Part shown: positions 11,109-22,044 of the stretch, one piece after another
How positions within the stretch are numbered: the first letter of the stretch is position 1
Layout of the letters: the number at the start of each line of letters is the position of its first letter
IMG/VR virus record: IMGVR_UViG_3300037067_006336
Location: 98,118-162,117 of that record
Length of the DNA stretch: 64,000 bases
DNA from: a virus
Taxonomy: Duplodnaviria; Caudoviricetes
Reading direction: 5' to 3' (one strand)
Notes under the pieces: model-generated
Databases searched by the model: none
Told to the model about the DNA's origin: nothing
The model's input: only the letters and a program-made list of their open reading frames with translations
Translations under genes and position numbers: made by a program

Positions 11109-11759
11109 ATGGAAATACTATCTAAGTTCATCGCGTATTGGAAATCACGGAAACTATTACGCTCGTTACGGGTGCTGGCATCAACGAGCATGCACCACGA
11201 TTCCTTCCTGTCCAGCAATGCCAGGACGATATCATTCAAGGATTGTTGCAAGTTACTGGGAAGGATTCATGACACGAGTGTCAGGGGTAAATTTACCCAC
11301 CTGGTATCATCTAGTCCAGGTTCTTTCTACCCCGTTTCAAGGAGGATTGTTTTTAACGTTGAACACGGTAACTCATCAAGCTTGTTCGATGGTTTGAACC
11401 TAACCAATATGAAAGAAATAATACCTTTCTCCGGGTTAGAACCACACGTGTTCGACGGTTTCATATTGTTTTACACCGACACGTTCATAGACTCGAGGGC
11501 ATATTGCACCATGGAGGTAACATGGAGTGATGGTTCCAATAATATTACGACATGGGTAGAGAGTTACTTCAACCTTGTTAACGCGGATTACCACCTGTCA
11601 GTTGATATGACGAAGAGGATGGAGAACTTCAACAACTTCATACAGACGCTTTGTGCTGATCACTCCAGGAATATCATTAACACGTCAAAGTGGTCTAACA
11701 TCCAGTCAACCATGAAACCAGTATCAGTAACGATAAAGTTAATCCATGAAGATATTTAG
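11109..11759 (+). CDS. Hypothetical protein
   Basis: ORF with CAGGATAT at 11076 upstream. Confidence 0.55.
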   Translation: MEILSKFIAYWKSRKLLRSLRVLASTSMHHDSFLSSNARTISFKDCCKLLGRIHDTSVRGKFTHLVSSSPGSFYPVSRRIVFNVEHGNSSSLFDGLNLTNMKEIIPFSGLEPHVFDGFILFYTDTFIDSRAYCTMEVTWSDGSNNITTWVESYFNLVNADYHLSVDMTKRMENFNNFIQTLCADHSRNIINTSKWSNIQSTMKPVSVTIKLIHEDI

Positions 11760-12250
11760 CAAGATTTCCAGTCACTTTAAAAGGAAGAGACTAGAAAGTA
11801 AATTATTAGTTTTGATAGGTTCACTTGAACTAGGTTGGGAACTAACACTACATAATTTGTGCTGGTTCATTGATGATTTTTACCGTGATAATAAAGATGC
11901 TACCAGGTTGGATGAAGTTACCAATGCTGAATTTGCTGAATTTGAAAAATCTTATCATCGTGTACACCTTTAATAAAAAGAATGGGCGTGGATAATTATT
12001 TAGATTGTATGTTATTCAAATTCAAAATAATGAAAAAGATAATAAAAAAGGTATTATACAAGTATGCTATTGATCGTGTAAGTTACCGGTCGAAAATAAA
12101 TTTATCAAGGATAAGCCGGTTAATGGCTAAAAAGGTTGTTTCTATTGATCTATTACCTGTTATAGGGATTGAACACCCATACGTAACCATCAGTTACCTT
12201 GATGCGATTTATAAAAATAAGCATTTTACCCCGTCAAAAAAATATCTTAA

Positions 12251-12601
12251 ATGACAAAACATTGTTTAAATATGGAATCTGTTCAAGACAACCCCAATAC
12301 AGGTGTCATAAGTGGGATTAATCACGGGTTAAAAATTGAAATTGTTTCCATCAATGATAAAATATCTATACATTTCATGCATGTACCTGAAGGATTTAAT
12401 ATCATGAACCTGACATACGAACACCATCAAACCAAGGTTATCGGGAAGTTGAAGCAATTTAACCGCGTGAAACTACTTGAAAAATGGAAAGAAAACAACG
12501 GTAACCTGGTAGAAATATTCACGGGGATCCTACGGGAGAGAGGGTGGGACTTTAATAAATTCCCTAACCCGGTTGCCTATGCTGTTTATTATCATGGTTA
12601 A
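12251..12601 (+). CDS. Hypothetical protein
   Basis: ORF only. Confidence 0.45.
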   Translation: MTKHCLNMESVQDNPNTGVISGINHGLKIEIVSINDKISIHFMHVPEGFNIMNLTYEHHQTKVIGKLKQFNRVKLLEKWKENNGNLVEIFTGILRERGWDFNKFPNPVAYAVYYHG

Positions 12602-12647
12602 AACCATATGCGAAAACGGTATTAAGTTATGTTAATAAAATTTAATA

Positions 12648-14072
12648 ATGGCTAAGAAAGATAATAAAACACCATCCCCCATCAACGGAGACACGTGCGA
12701 GGTGGTGGATAAAAACGTCCGATCATTCCTGGGTAACGAGCTGCTATCATACTCGAAATACGTCATCGAGACCAGGACTATGCCATCCATCATGGACGGT
12801 TTACGAATAGGTGCCAGGAAGATAACATGGGCGGCGATGACCGGTGACCTGAAATCAGCAAGCAAGGTAAAGATGATGTCTTTGATAGGTGATACGTTCA
12901 AGCTGGAGTACCACCACGGGGATTCATCCCTGCTCAACACCGTGATACAACTGGGATCAACCCACCTTAACAGGTTCGCACCACTAGAGATAATAGGGCA
13001 GATAGGGTCGTTGAGAAACCCCGAATGCAAGACAGCCCCCAGGTACATGCACGTTAGGAAATCACCCTTCATGGAGATATTGAGAACCGACATGGAACTG
13101 CTCGAGATAAAGGTGGAGGAAGGCATAAAGACGGAACCAAGGTTCTTCTTGCCGGTGATACCCATGACGCTGGTGTGGCGCACGAGTTCCCCGGGGTTCG
13201 GGTTCGGTTTCCGGGTGTTCTCGTACTCGTTCGATAACATCATTGACAATTGTATCACGTCCATACTAGAGGGTAAGTGTGACACCCCTGATAATATGAG
13301 TTTGATGAAACCACAGGTTGAAGAGATAAAGGATCACAACATGATCTACAATCAATCCAGGGATTCTTGGTACAACGTGGGGGAATCTAATATTGAAGGT
13401 GACATGTTGATCGTCACTGATCTCCCGTACGATGTATCTTTCCAGTCATACGAGGAACACCTTAACACGCTGGTAGATGAGAATTACATCGAGTCTTTCC
13501 AGGACTTGTCCAGCGATAACAAGATACGGTACATCATCAAGTTCTCGCAGGGTAGGTTGAAGGTACTGGAACGTGACAAGTGGAGTTTCTACAAGAAGAT
13601 GTTGTTGTACGTTAAGGTTACCAGGGACACGTTGAACTGTCTTGATTCAGACGGGAAGACAATACTACACTTCGATAACCCGTACCAGTTAATAGATGCA
13701 TTCGTCAAGCGCAGGATCGTGTACTATTCCATGAGGAAGGATAAAACTATCAAACACCTGGAGAACATGATAGACAATACCAGGCACACCATCAAGTTCA
13801 TCAAGCTTGTTAATGATGGTTCAATCGTGATATCCCGCCGAAAGGTAGAGGATATAAAGGTAGATCTCGACAAGTACTCGTTGCCACATGAATTACTGGA
13901 TATTAACGTCTCAAAGCTATCACTGGATGGTATAACAACACTCGAGACACTGGTTTCAACATCGATTGAGAAGCTCGAGTACATACAAGGAACGCCGGTA
14001 AAAGAAATGTACATATCAGATTTGATCGACATCAAGAAGAAATATTCCGGTATCGAGGTTTTTGAATCATAA
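12648..14072 (+). CDS. Type II DNA topoisomerase breakage-reunion subunit (T4 gp52 / GyrA-like)
   Basis: DGLRIGARK, YHHGDSSL, catalytic APRY. Confidence 0.92.
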   Translation: MAKKDNKTPSPINGDTCEVVDKNVRSFLGNELLSYSKYVIETRTMPSIMDGLRIGARKITWAAMTGDLKSASKVKMMSLIGDTFKLEYHHGDSSLLNTVIQLGSTHLNRFAPLEIIGQIGSLRNPECKTAPRYMHVRKSPFMEILRTDMELLEIKVEEGIKTEPRFFLPVIPMTLVWRTSSPGFGFGFRVFSYSFDNIIDNCITSILEGKCDTPDNMSLMKPQVEEIKDHNMIYNQSRDSWYNVGESNIEGDMLIVTDLPYDVSFQSYEEHLNTLVDENYIESFQDLSSDNKIRYIIKFSQGRLKVLERDKWSFYKKMLLYVKVTRDTLNCLDSDGKTILHFDNPYQLIDAFVKRRIVYYSMRKDKTIKHLENMIDNTRHTIKFIKLVNDGSIVISRRKVEDIKVDLDKYSLPHELLDINVSKLSLDGITTLETLVSTSIEKLEYIQGTPVKEMYISDLIDIKKKYSGIEVFES

Positions 14073-14080
14073 AAATTATT

Positions 14081-15397
14081 TTGATGGGGACACGTGTTTT
14101 CAGGTTGAACGAGTTCGTCTTACTAGAGTTGAACGACGCGAACGATGATGTTGATTTTTACAAGGTAATGAACGAGGTGGATGGTAACGTTCCCCAGTTC
14201 GAACCTGTCAGCTCTGATTTCAACAAGATCATATGGGATAACGGTGTTTACAAGCACAGGTTGAACAAGGTTTACACAAATGCTGGTTTGTACGTCCCCG
14301 GGCAATTAACGGGGCGTGTAAACAGCGTGGAATATTCCAACGCCAGGTTCCTCTTGAAACAGGGGTTCTCCTTTGACGACGTGTTCGGCTTGCACTTCAT
14401 CATCAAGGATGTTACCAGTAACACCGTCTTGACATCATGCCTTAGACAGGTGCTTGATTTCAGCGTCCCTGCAACACCGTACTTCAACGGTGCCGACCAG
14501 TTCACGGCCGAGACCACCATCATGATACCGCTATCATCAAACGTGCTGGTGGCACAGGTCACGACGGTGACGAACGATGATATATCAGATTCAGGTAGCA
14601 ACATCGGGCTAGTGTACAATTACCCGTACGAGTTCGTTCCTCTCATCGAGGATAAACCAGTACCGGACTTCATAGTTAGCAGCCTTTCACTGGATGATAA
14701 CCATTACATCAGGGTACAAGTATCAACAACCGAGAACAAGACCGTGGAACAATCGGTGCTAGATTACTTCGGGCTGGAGATAGCTGATATCAATGTTACA
14801 CACGTCATAGATTACGGTAACGAGGAACTTGGATACAAGTCGTTGAGGGTATCTAACGAGGATAACAGGTATCTTCCCGTCAACGTGGGGTTGAACCTGC
14901 TGGAATTCGGTAATTCCATGATAACCATAACATCTACCACGGAGATAGAGGTTGACGGGAAATTGATGAAAAGACAAGCCACCTTGAACACTGATTTATC
15001 GGTTATCAACCCGTACCTGGTGTCCTTGATAACACATCCTGACACGTTGTACCCTGTTGAAGTGAACAACTCCACGATCGTGCAGAACACCATAATAGAG
15101 ACCAGGGAACAGAGGGAAATCATAAAGGTGTTGCAACCTGTATTCGCCGAGATGATTAATGACTCCTTCAAGTTCGAGAGGAAGAACATATACTTCGACC
15201 GTCTAACGTCGGCATCCTACCTCAGGATAATAAAGGATGACAAGAATGACGAACAACTAATCGCATCGCAAATTACCGTGGATAACAGGTATTACTTTGA
15301 CCTGTCACAAGCCACGCCCGTGGTTGCGAACGGCTCGTACCAGTTACTAGACATGAACACCTTGAAGGTATTCGGGTCGGGAACCTTTACCGTGTAA
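14081..15397 (+). CDS. Hypothetical protein, possibly a virion protein
   Basis: Acidic, V/T/N-rich composition; no motif recognised. Confidence 0.5.
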   Translation: MMGTRVFRLNEFVLLELNDANDDVDFYKVMNEVDGNVPQFEPVSSDFNKIIWDNGVYKHRLNKVYTNAGLYVPGQLTGRVNSVEYSNARFLLKQGFSFDDVFGLHFIIKDVTSNTVLTSCLRQVLDFSVPATPYFNGADQFTAETTIMIPLSSNVLVAQVTTVTNDDISDSGSNIGLVYNYPYEFVPLIEDKPVPDFIVSSLSLDDNHYIRVQVSTTENKTVEQSVLDYFGLEIADINVTHVIDYGNEELGYKSLRVSNEDNRYLPVNVGLNLLEFGNSMITITSTTEIEVDGKLMKRQATLNTDLSVINPYLVSLITHPDTLYPVEVNNSTIVQNTIIETREQREIIKVLQPVFAEMINDSFKFERKNIYFDRLTSASYLRIIKDDKNDEQLIASQITVDNRYYFDLSQATPVVANGSYQLLDMNTLKVFGSGTFTV

Positions 15398-15441
15398 CGC
15401 AGGATATCACATAATATATTAATAATCTAACATAATGTTTC

Positions 15442-18400
15442 ATGATGGTCAATTCTTCGAATGTTCTAACGGCAACGGAGATCGATAATAACCGTAACAA
15501 TATACTCATCAGGGTTGATGAAGCTGTCATGAAACATGTTTCCTCGTTTGTCAAGAGGAAGACAAGAGACATACGGGAGTCCTTGAAAGCAGAGTTCCCC
15601 GGACAGCCGGAGAAACATGTTGTACCGGTTGAAACAATCGATAAGATAAGATCCGAATACGTTTCCAGCCAGGAAGTTGCAGATTTCAGGGAATACCAGG
15701 TTGAATCGCTTAACTCCGAGGTTGAGAACTACATGCAGTTAAGGTCCAGGTTGAACATGTTGAACGACCTTAACGAGTTCTCGGCCGATATCGAGAAGAT
15801 GGGCATACAGGTTCATGACGGGGAATACATGTCTTACGGGGACTTGATTGAAAAGTTACCATCGTTCAATGATACCTTCGGGAACATGATTGCATCAAGG
15901 AAAGAAACCATTTCTACCATGATTTCGTCATTCAAGGGCAAGTCATTGGAAATGGATGAACTCGGTATGTTATTCAGGTTGCACGAGATGTACGCAATCA
16001 AGCGTGATCACCCCGACATTGATTTATTCAACAAGTACGAGTTCAACACGAACATAGATTACGCTAACGAGCTATCAAGGTTGTACCTTGCCAGATCCGC
16101 GAATGGTAACAACGATTCCAATATAATCAACGACCTGGTTGACAACAGGGGGGTAGCATCGGTTAAATCAAGGAGGAACATCATAGGGAACAAGCTTCTA
16201 GGTATGCTCCTATCGAACGTTGACAACAAGTTTTCCATGGTAACTAATAACAGGGTTACATGTTTGAGCAACACCTACGTGACGGATGCAACCGTAGACA
16301 CGAGGTTCACCACAAGGACCATAGGGGAGTTACTCATGGAGATAACATCCGATAAGAAGGCCAACATGGAGAAGGTTGACAGGCAGCAGGTTTACATGAC
16401 GTACGATGGTTCGAGACCTGGTACTGATGGGTACCACAAGTGGAACGGTTTACAGGTATTCGACATAGACTTGAAGGAATGGGAAGGTGACGTGAGTTAC
16501 TTGAAATCAGCATTACACAAGTACTTGTTGAAGTTCCACTGGTACCTTTGGACGTGCAAATCAGCATCTGGAAAGGGTATACACGTTTACACCAAGGTGT
16601 CACCGGCCCATCACGTTTACCTTGACTTGGAAGATAACGAGAGGTTGTCGAAATACTGGTACTCGGTTAATTACATGACAAAGGAGACATTGATAAACGA
16701 TATACTGCGCAGGATACACGACGGTAAATCATCATTGAAATTCGATGATGGCGCGTGGTTGACAAAACATGATAACCGGTTCATAGATAACTCGGTGGGG
16801 CGCATAACATCCGGTATCAGGTTATCGTACGACCCTATGCCACTTGTTAACCCTGGTTTCATGGACCTGCACGTTTCCGTGTTCCTCCATGAAACAACAG
16901 ACGGGGTAAATTCCATGAAGTTTATCAAGGAGGTGTTCAACAGGGCGTACAAGAAAGAATACCAGGTAGAGAGGGTAAAACGTTACGTTGCAATGATAGA
17001 CGAGCTCTCCATAGAGGAGGACAAGAGGGATAAACCAGGACCTATCAACCTTTCATCATACGTCAACATATCAGGTGACTCAGGGGGCATAAGGCCGTTA
17101 CCGAGGAACTCGATAAAGTACATCACGCGTTACAACGTCTGTAACACCCTGGCTGCCATAATGGGAAAGGATGGGTTACAGGTAGCACACGTGCTTCTCG
17201 ACTCGAAGGGTTGTGGTAACGCCAGGGAGATAAACGCGTTCTACTCTTGCGCGCTATCGAACAAGAAAGAACCATCGAAACTAGGCTTGAACATACTCGA
17301 GAAGTACGGTGTCATAAAGAACGTGGAACCAGAACTAGAGAAAATAGTGGAGAAGGGGTTCAAGGATGACTTGAGGACCATGATAATGAACGTTAGCGGT
17401 GATTCCGTACTGAAGGTAACAAGACACACGATAAACCTTGGTGAAGAAGAATACCTTGGTGATGTGAAGAAACAAATCATGTCCAAGGTAATTTCATCGA
17501 AGATCAACATTTTATTATCCCCCGCCGGGTCGGGTAAGACCGAGATGATCAAATCACTAGCCAGGGATGGGAAACGCGTGATGCTCGTGTTACCATTCAT
17601 ATCTGTCATAAAGAACAAGGTGGAGAAAGACCCCGAGATACTGGAATTATTCGCTTGTTACTACGGTTCGAAGGATGTTAAGACGATCGAACCTGGTATC
17701 AACGCGGTGACAACGTTCGACAAGTTCTCGAGGGCTAATTACGAGAAACTATCAAGGATGTACGACTACATATTCATAGATGAATCCCACCTGTTGTTCA
17801 CGTCCAGTTACCGTATCGAGGCAACATCTAATTCAATAAGGAAGATAAAAGACCTGTTCCACGTATCATCGAACGATCCGTACTCCGCCAAGTTATGCTT
17901 GATGACAGGCACGGAGACGGGGGAAACGTACTTCTTCGGCAACGTGGCGAACGTTATAACAGCATCGAAGAAATCCAACGGGAAGGACATGGAGTTCATG
18001 TTGTGCGGTGACACGCTTGATTGCACGACGAGGGTTGCCAAGCGTGTGCATGATTTCATAAACGAGGGTTACAAGGTATTGATACCTACCAACAAGGGGG
18101 AAGTTTACTCGGAGAAGATAATGGGCATGGCATCACACATCCTGGGCAGGGAGGTAAAGTACGGTTACTACAAGAGATCGAACACCGAGCAGGAGATATG
18201 CAGGCTGGTGAACGACATGAACACCACGGGTGACTACGAGGTTATATTCTGCTCGAATTACCTTAGCGTGGGGGTAGACATAAACGATGACTGCAAGTTC
18301 GCCTCGATTTACCTGGGTAACTTCTCCGGTTACGAGGTAGAGCAGTTCAACGCTAGGATACGCAAGACCGGCATCAAGTCCGTGTACTGCGTGCAGACCG

Positions 18401-19587
18401 AGAACAGTTCGGGGGAAACGAACGACCTTCTGCTGGCCGAGCCTCAACTGGTGTTGAAGATAACCGAGGCTGACAGGGAAGCGTTCCTGGATGACAAGGA
18501 GATAGCATCGGCCAAGCAGGAGTTCACCGGTCATTACGACCCCGTCCTCCACAAGATAACCACCCCCGGTTTCTCCTACCTTCACGGAAAGATACAGTTC
18601 AACCTGGAGGAGTACGAGCTAGTGTCATTCGAGACCAAGTACGTGGAATGCATGCAACACCCGGTGAAGGTGGCACGAGAACTATCCAATTACGGTTACA
18701 ACGTTAGCGTGTCACCAGAGTTCAACGGCATGGAACTAATGATGCAGGCCGAGTTGAAACGCGTGGGCATAGAATCCGCTAAACAGGAGAAGATACGCAA
18801 GCACACGTTACTAGTGGGTACTTTCATCGACCTGGTTACCAAGAACAGCCACGTTAACGACCACGGGCTTGAATACCACGGCGTGATTGACTGGATGATG
18901 AAGAACCCTGACCTCATCATGGAGGACAGGGACATGGAGCAGCACGTGGAGATAACGTTCGATATATTCTCCACCCCTACTAGTGTCAAGGTTAAATCAC
19001 GGGAGGCATTCGACAACATGGTCAAGAATGCCAGGTACCTTCTATCCAGGTACTCCCCGCAGAAAGCCGTGTCTATCATAAACCAGTACGTTGATGATAA
19101 CGGTGTGCTGAAGCAATCGAACTTCAAGAGGTCCATCAACCTCTTGAGGCTTGTTGACGGGGCTGATGCAAACGAGTTGAGCGACCCGTTATCACGCACC
19201 ATCGAGAAGGTTTACGAGTACGTTGACAAGTTCGAACTCGATGCCAGCTGGCACGTTAGTTACAACGGGTACATGGCACAAGTTGACGAGTGGACAAACT
19301 CCTACATAGACATGCTCGGCATAAAGGTAAACTCCGTGTACGGTTACGAGAAGGTAAGGGATTCCATCGTTGAATTGATAAACGACATATCTAGCAGGTC
19401 GAAATCCAAGTATGGTTTGAGGTTCATTTACAACAAGATCCCGGACCAGGATTCCAACGTGATACTCAACAAGCGAAGCGTGGATGACATCATATCAAGG
19501 ATGTTCAAGCTGGGTAATGACATCAAGAAGCAACAGGTTAACAAAACAAGAACAAGACACGTGACGTTACATGACGGGGGGTTTTAA
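15442..19587 (+). CDS. Large primase-like plus superfamily 2 helicase fusion
   Basis: VFDIDLK and SASGKGIHVY (AEP/VirE N-terminal-like); SPAGSGKT, FIDESH, SVGVDI, QFNARIR. Confidence 0.75.
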   Translation: MMVNSSNVLTATEIDNNRNNILIRVDEAVMKHVSSFVKRKTRDIRESLKAEFPGQPEKHVVPVETIDKIRSEYVSSQEVADFREYQVESLNSEVENYMQLRSRLNMLNDLNEFSADIEKMGIQVHDGEYMSYGDLIEKLPSFNDTFGNMIASRKETISTMISSFKGKSLEMDELGMLFRLHEMYAIKRDHPDIDLFNKYEFNTNIDYANELSRLYLARSANGNNDSNIINDLVDNRGVASVKSRRNIIGNKLLGMLLSNVDNKFSMVTNNRVTCLSNTYVTDATVDTRFTTRTIGELLMEITSDKKANMEKVDRQQVYMTYDGSRPGTDGYHKWNGLQVFDIDLKEWEGDVSYLKSALHKYLLKFHWYLWTCKSASGKGIHVYTKVSPAHHVYLDLEDNERLSKYWYSVNYMTKETLINDILRRIHDGKSSLKFDDGAWLTKHDNRFIDNSVGRITSGIRLSYDPMPLVNPGFMDLHVSVFLHETTDGVNSMKFIKEVFNRAYKKEYQVERVKRYVAMIDELSIEEDKRDKPGPINLSSYVNISGDSGGIRPLPRNSIKYITRYNVCNTLAAIMGKDGLQVAHVLLDSKGCGNAREINAFYSCALSNKKEPSKLGLNILEKYGVIKNVEPELEKIVEKGFKDDLRTMIMNVSGDSVLKVTRHTINLGEEEYLGDVKKQIMSKVISSKINILLSPAGSGKTEMIKSLARDGKRVMLVLPFISVIKNKVEKDPEILELFACYYGSKDVKTIEPGINAVTTFDKFSRANYEKLSRMYDYIFIDESHLLFTSSYRIEATSNSIRKIKDLFHVSSNDPYSAKLCLMTGTETGETYFFGNVANVITASKKSNGKDMEFMLCGDTLDCTTRVAKRVHDFINEGYKVLIPTNKGEVYSEKIMGMASHILGREVKYGYYKRSNTEQEICRLVNDMNTTGDYEVIFCSNYLSVGVDINDDCKFASIYLGNFSGYEVEQFNARIRKTGIKSVYCVQTENSSGETNDLLLAEPQLVLKITEADREAFLDDKEIASAKQEFTGHYDPVLHKITTPGFSYLHGKIQFNLEEYELVSFETKYVECMQHPVKVARELSNYGYNVSVSPEFNGMELMMQAELKRVGIESAKQEKIRKHTLLVGTFIDLVTKNSHVNDHGLEYHGVIDWMMKNPDLIMEDRDMEQHVEITFDIFSTPTSVKVKSREAFDNMVKNARYLLSRYSPQKAVSIINQYVDDNGVLKQSNFKRSINLLRLVDGADANELSDPLSRTIEKVYEYVDKFELDASWHVSYNGYMAQVDEWTNSYIDMLGIKVNSVYGYEKVRDSIVELINDISSRSKSKYGLRFIYNKIPDQDSNVILNKRSVDDIISRMFKLGNDIKKQQVNKTRTRHVTLHDGGF

Positions 19588-19592
19588 AATCG

Positions 19593-19916
19593 TTGCAGGA
19601 TATACATGTAAAACCATTTAATTTTAAACCATATCAAGTGAACCAGGAAGTAATAATCGCCTCGCCGGGATCAAACGGTTTCGAGACACGTTCAATCAAC
19701 ATGCAGGACACATCCACCAACGAGTTTAACATCAACGTTAACGAGATGACACATGACGGTGTTTTCCCCCAGGGTACCATCGTTTGCCTGTCAACCCCTG
19801 ACATGGTTAAATTCCTGTCAAGGTACGGCAAGCGAAAGCAGTACCACGAGTTGAAACGCTCGGTAAGACAGGGCACGTTCATGATGCTCGTGTTGCACGG
19901 GAAGAAAAAGAAGTAG
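19593..19916 (+). CDS. Hypothetical protein (start probably downstream of the CAGGATAT at 19596)
   Basis: ORF abutting the next gene. Confidence 0.45.
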   Translation: MQDIHVKPFNFKPYQVNQEVIIASPGSNGFETRSINMQDTSTNEFNINVNEMTHDGVFPQGTIVCLSTPDMVKFLSRYGKRKQYHELKRSVRQGTFMMLVLHGKKKK

Positions 19917-19917
19917 C

Positions 19918-21573
19918 ATGGAAGGGGACGACATCAGGGATGAGATAAACACCTCGGCGTTGAGGCTTGGTGTTACACCGGCATTGACCGAGACCGAGAA
20001 AGTACAGGTAATGAGGGAGGTATTCCACCGGGAAGTGTCCGGGAGGAAGGTAGATGACCTGAGCGGGTACTTGCTGAAATCCTTCAAGAAGTTAGACGGT
20101 TTCAACTACCGGTGGAACTCGTTGATAACATCTTCCCCGCTGTTATTCGAGGATGTAGACTACACCAGGGTAAGGGGTAACATCGATAACCGGGTAACGG
20201 ACGAGGAAAGGGAAGCATACAGGCGCGGGGAGTTACGGGAACTCTACGTGACGTTCGAATCGATGTTGATGTGCAACCTGAAGTACTTCGACCGCATCAT
20301 GAGGTTCTGTACCATCGCATTCAACAAGTACGTGAGGCTGGATGACGAGGAGACCACAACGCAGCACATGGAGGAGTTACCTATCTATCTCACTCTTACA
20401 CCTACCCAGGCATGGTGTGCCGCCATGGTGGATGCATCAAGCACACCGTGGGAAATAGAACACGGGTGGGGTTTGAAGATGAATAACCAGGTTTCAAACA
20501 AGGATAAATCCCCGCTAGAGTCTAACTGGGAGAAGTTGTACAAGAACCCTGTTTTCAACATGTTCGTGAAGTACTCTGATTACATCAACGAGACATCGAA
20601 TTTCAGGGAGTGTAAGATGAAGGATGTCATGGATAACCGGAAGCTATCAAGATTGTGCCAGAAGTTCACCTCATCTAGCGCGGCCCTGTCGGAGGACCAG
20701 TTATCAAGCGTGTTCGGTTACGTGGAGGAAATAGAGTCAATCACCAGGAAACTGTACGATTCATTGTTCGATTGCCTGTACGACATGTTCAACGGTGACG
20801 AGACCCAGTTCGCGATATACGTGTACACCAATGAATTCATCATACACAGTTCCAAGTTCTCCATAAAGGTATCAAGGGACGAACACGGTAAGATAATGAA
20901 GGAATACACGGCGAACTCCTTCGAGTGCTTCCTGGCTGAAGAGGGTTTGATCCCCTCGATGAGGGCGCAGATAGAATGGGCCAGGTACTTCTCCCCGAAC
21001 AGGTATAATTACGACAAGAACATACTGGTATCACTACTTGCGAAGATGCTCAAGGATGATTACAAGTCCGTGAACTGTCTGAAGCGAATGAACAGGTACG
21101 GTGTCGTGTCGAAGATCACGTTCTCGGGTATATTCAACAACGTTTACATCACGGAGGAATTCCTAACGGACAACAGGGTGATAAGGACTTCCAAGGTATG
21201 CATGTCTAAAGAGAACGCCGCCAGGTACGTTGTTAACCGGGGTTACTGGTTGTTCGGCAATTTCGAGGATGCCGTCAAGGTGGTTGATGTAACCAGGGAT
21301 AACATCGTATCACATTACACCAATTACTGCGTCCCCGTCATGCACCACATGAAGGATGTCTTGAAGTTGTACCAGCAGGAGAAGAACGCCATTATAGACA
21401 TACTGTTATCGGGTAACATACACCCGAGCAGGTTGTCGAATAAGGACATCAAGTTCTCCACGAGCAGGAAGGTAGACGCGAGGGCATTGATGATGGAGAT
21501 GGCGAAGAAGGCAGACAAGGACGCGTACAGGAGGAAGAAAACATACTGGCGTGTCATGGAAGATTCAACGTGA
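19918..21573 (+). CDS. Hypothetical protein
   Basis: 551-aa ORF with phage-typical codon usage. Confidence 0.6.
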   Translation: MEGDDIRDEINTSALRLGVTPALTETEKVQVMREVFHREVSGRKVDDLSGYLLKSFKKLDGFNYRWNSLITSSPLLFEDVDYTRVRGNIDNRVTDEEREAYRRGELRELYVTFESMLMCNLKYFDRIMRFCTIAFNKYVRLDDEETTTQHMEELPIYLTLTPTQAWCAAMVDASSTPWEIEHGWGLKMNNQVSNKDKSPLESNWEKLYKNPVFNMFVKYSDYINETSNFRECKMKDVMDNRKLSRLCQKFTSSSAALSEDQLSSVFGYVEEIESITRKLYDSLFDCLYDMFNGDETQFAIYVYTNEFIIHSSKFSIKVSRDEHGKIMKEYTANSFECFLAEEGLIPSMRAQIEWARYFSPNRYNYDKNILVSLLAKMLKDDYKSVNCLKRMNRYGVVSKITFSGIFNNVYITEEFLTDNRVIRTSKVCMSKENAARYVVNRGYWLFGNFEDAVKVVDVTRDNIVSHYTNYCVPVMHHMKDVLKLYQQEKNAIIDILLSGNIHPSRLSNKDIKFSTSRKVDARALMMEMAKKADKDAYRRKKTYWRVMEDST

Positions 21574-21771
21574 TGTGCAGGATATTTAAAATAATGTTAT
21601 ATCATGAATAAATAAAACAAGATGAAAATACCATTCACGGTATTCAACCTTAGATAACACGGGTAAACGAGTTGTTTTAAAGGTTAGCAACAAAATGTTG
21701 TACGGTGGTGACCCTCTTGTCATAAAGACACGTGAGGATTATAAAGTTTTCAAATTATTAACAAGCAAGAT

Positions 21772-22044
21772 ATGAAAAGGAAAAAGAACCCGAACAGGAA
21801 TTTACTCCTCGTGGAAGTGAAGATAAAGAAATACATGAATAAGGATGTTATCAAGGATATGTTGACGAGCGTTAAAAACAATACCAGTATGTTTGCTTCA
21901 AGAGGTTATAATGTGGTGCTCATACCATCTTCCAGGAACATGATAACCATGGTTGACGGATGCATAAGATCCAGGGGCGATCACGAGTTGTTCAAGAAGA
22001 TGACATTGCTTATGAAAAACAAAAAATCAAAGGTAAGATGTTAA
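21772..22044 (+). CDS. Hypothetical protein
   Basis: ORF overlapping the thyA start. Confidence 0.45.
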   Translation: MKRKKNPNRNLLLVEVKIKKYMNKDVIKDMLTSVKNNTSMFASRGYNVVLIPSSRNMITMVDGCIRSRGDHELFKKMTLLMKNKKSKVRC

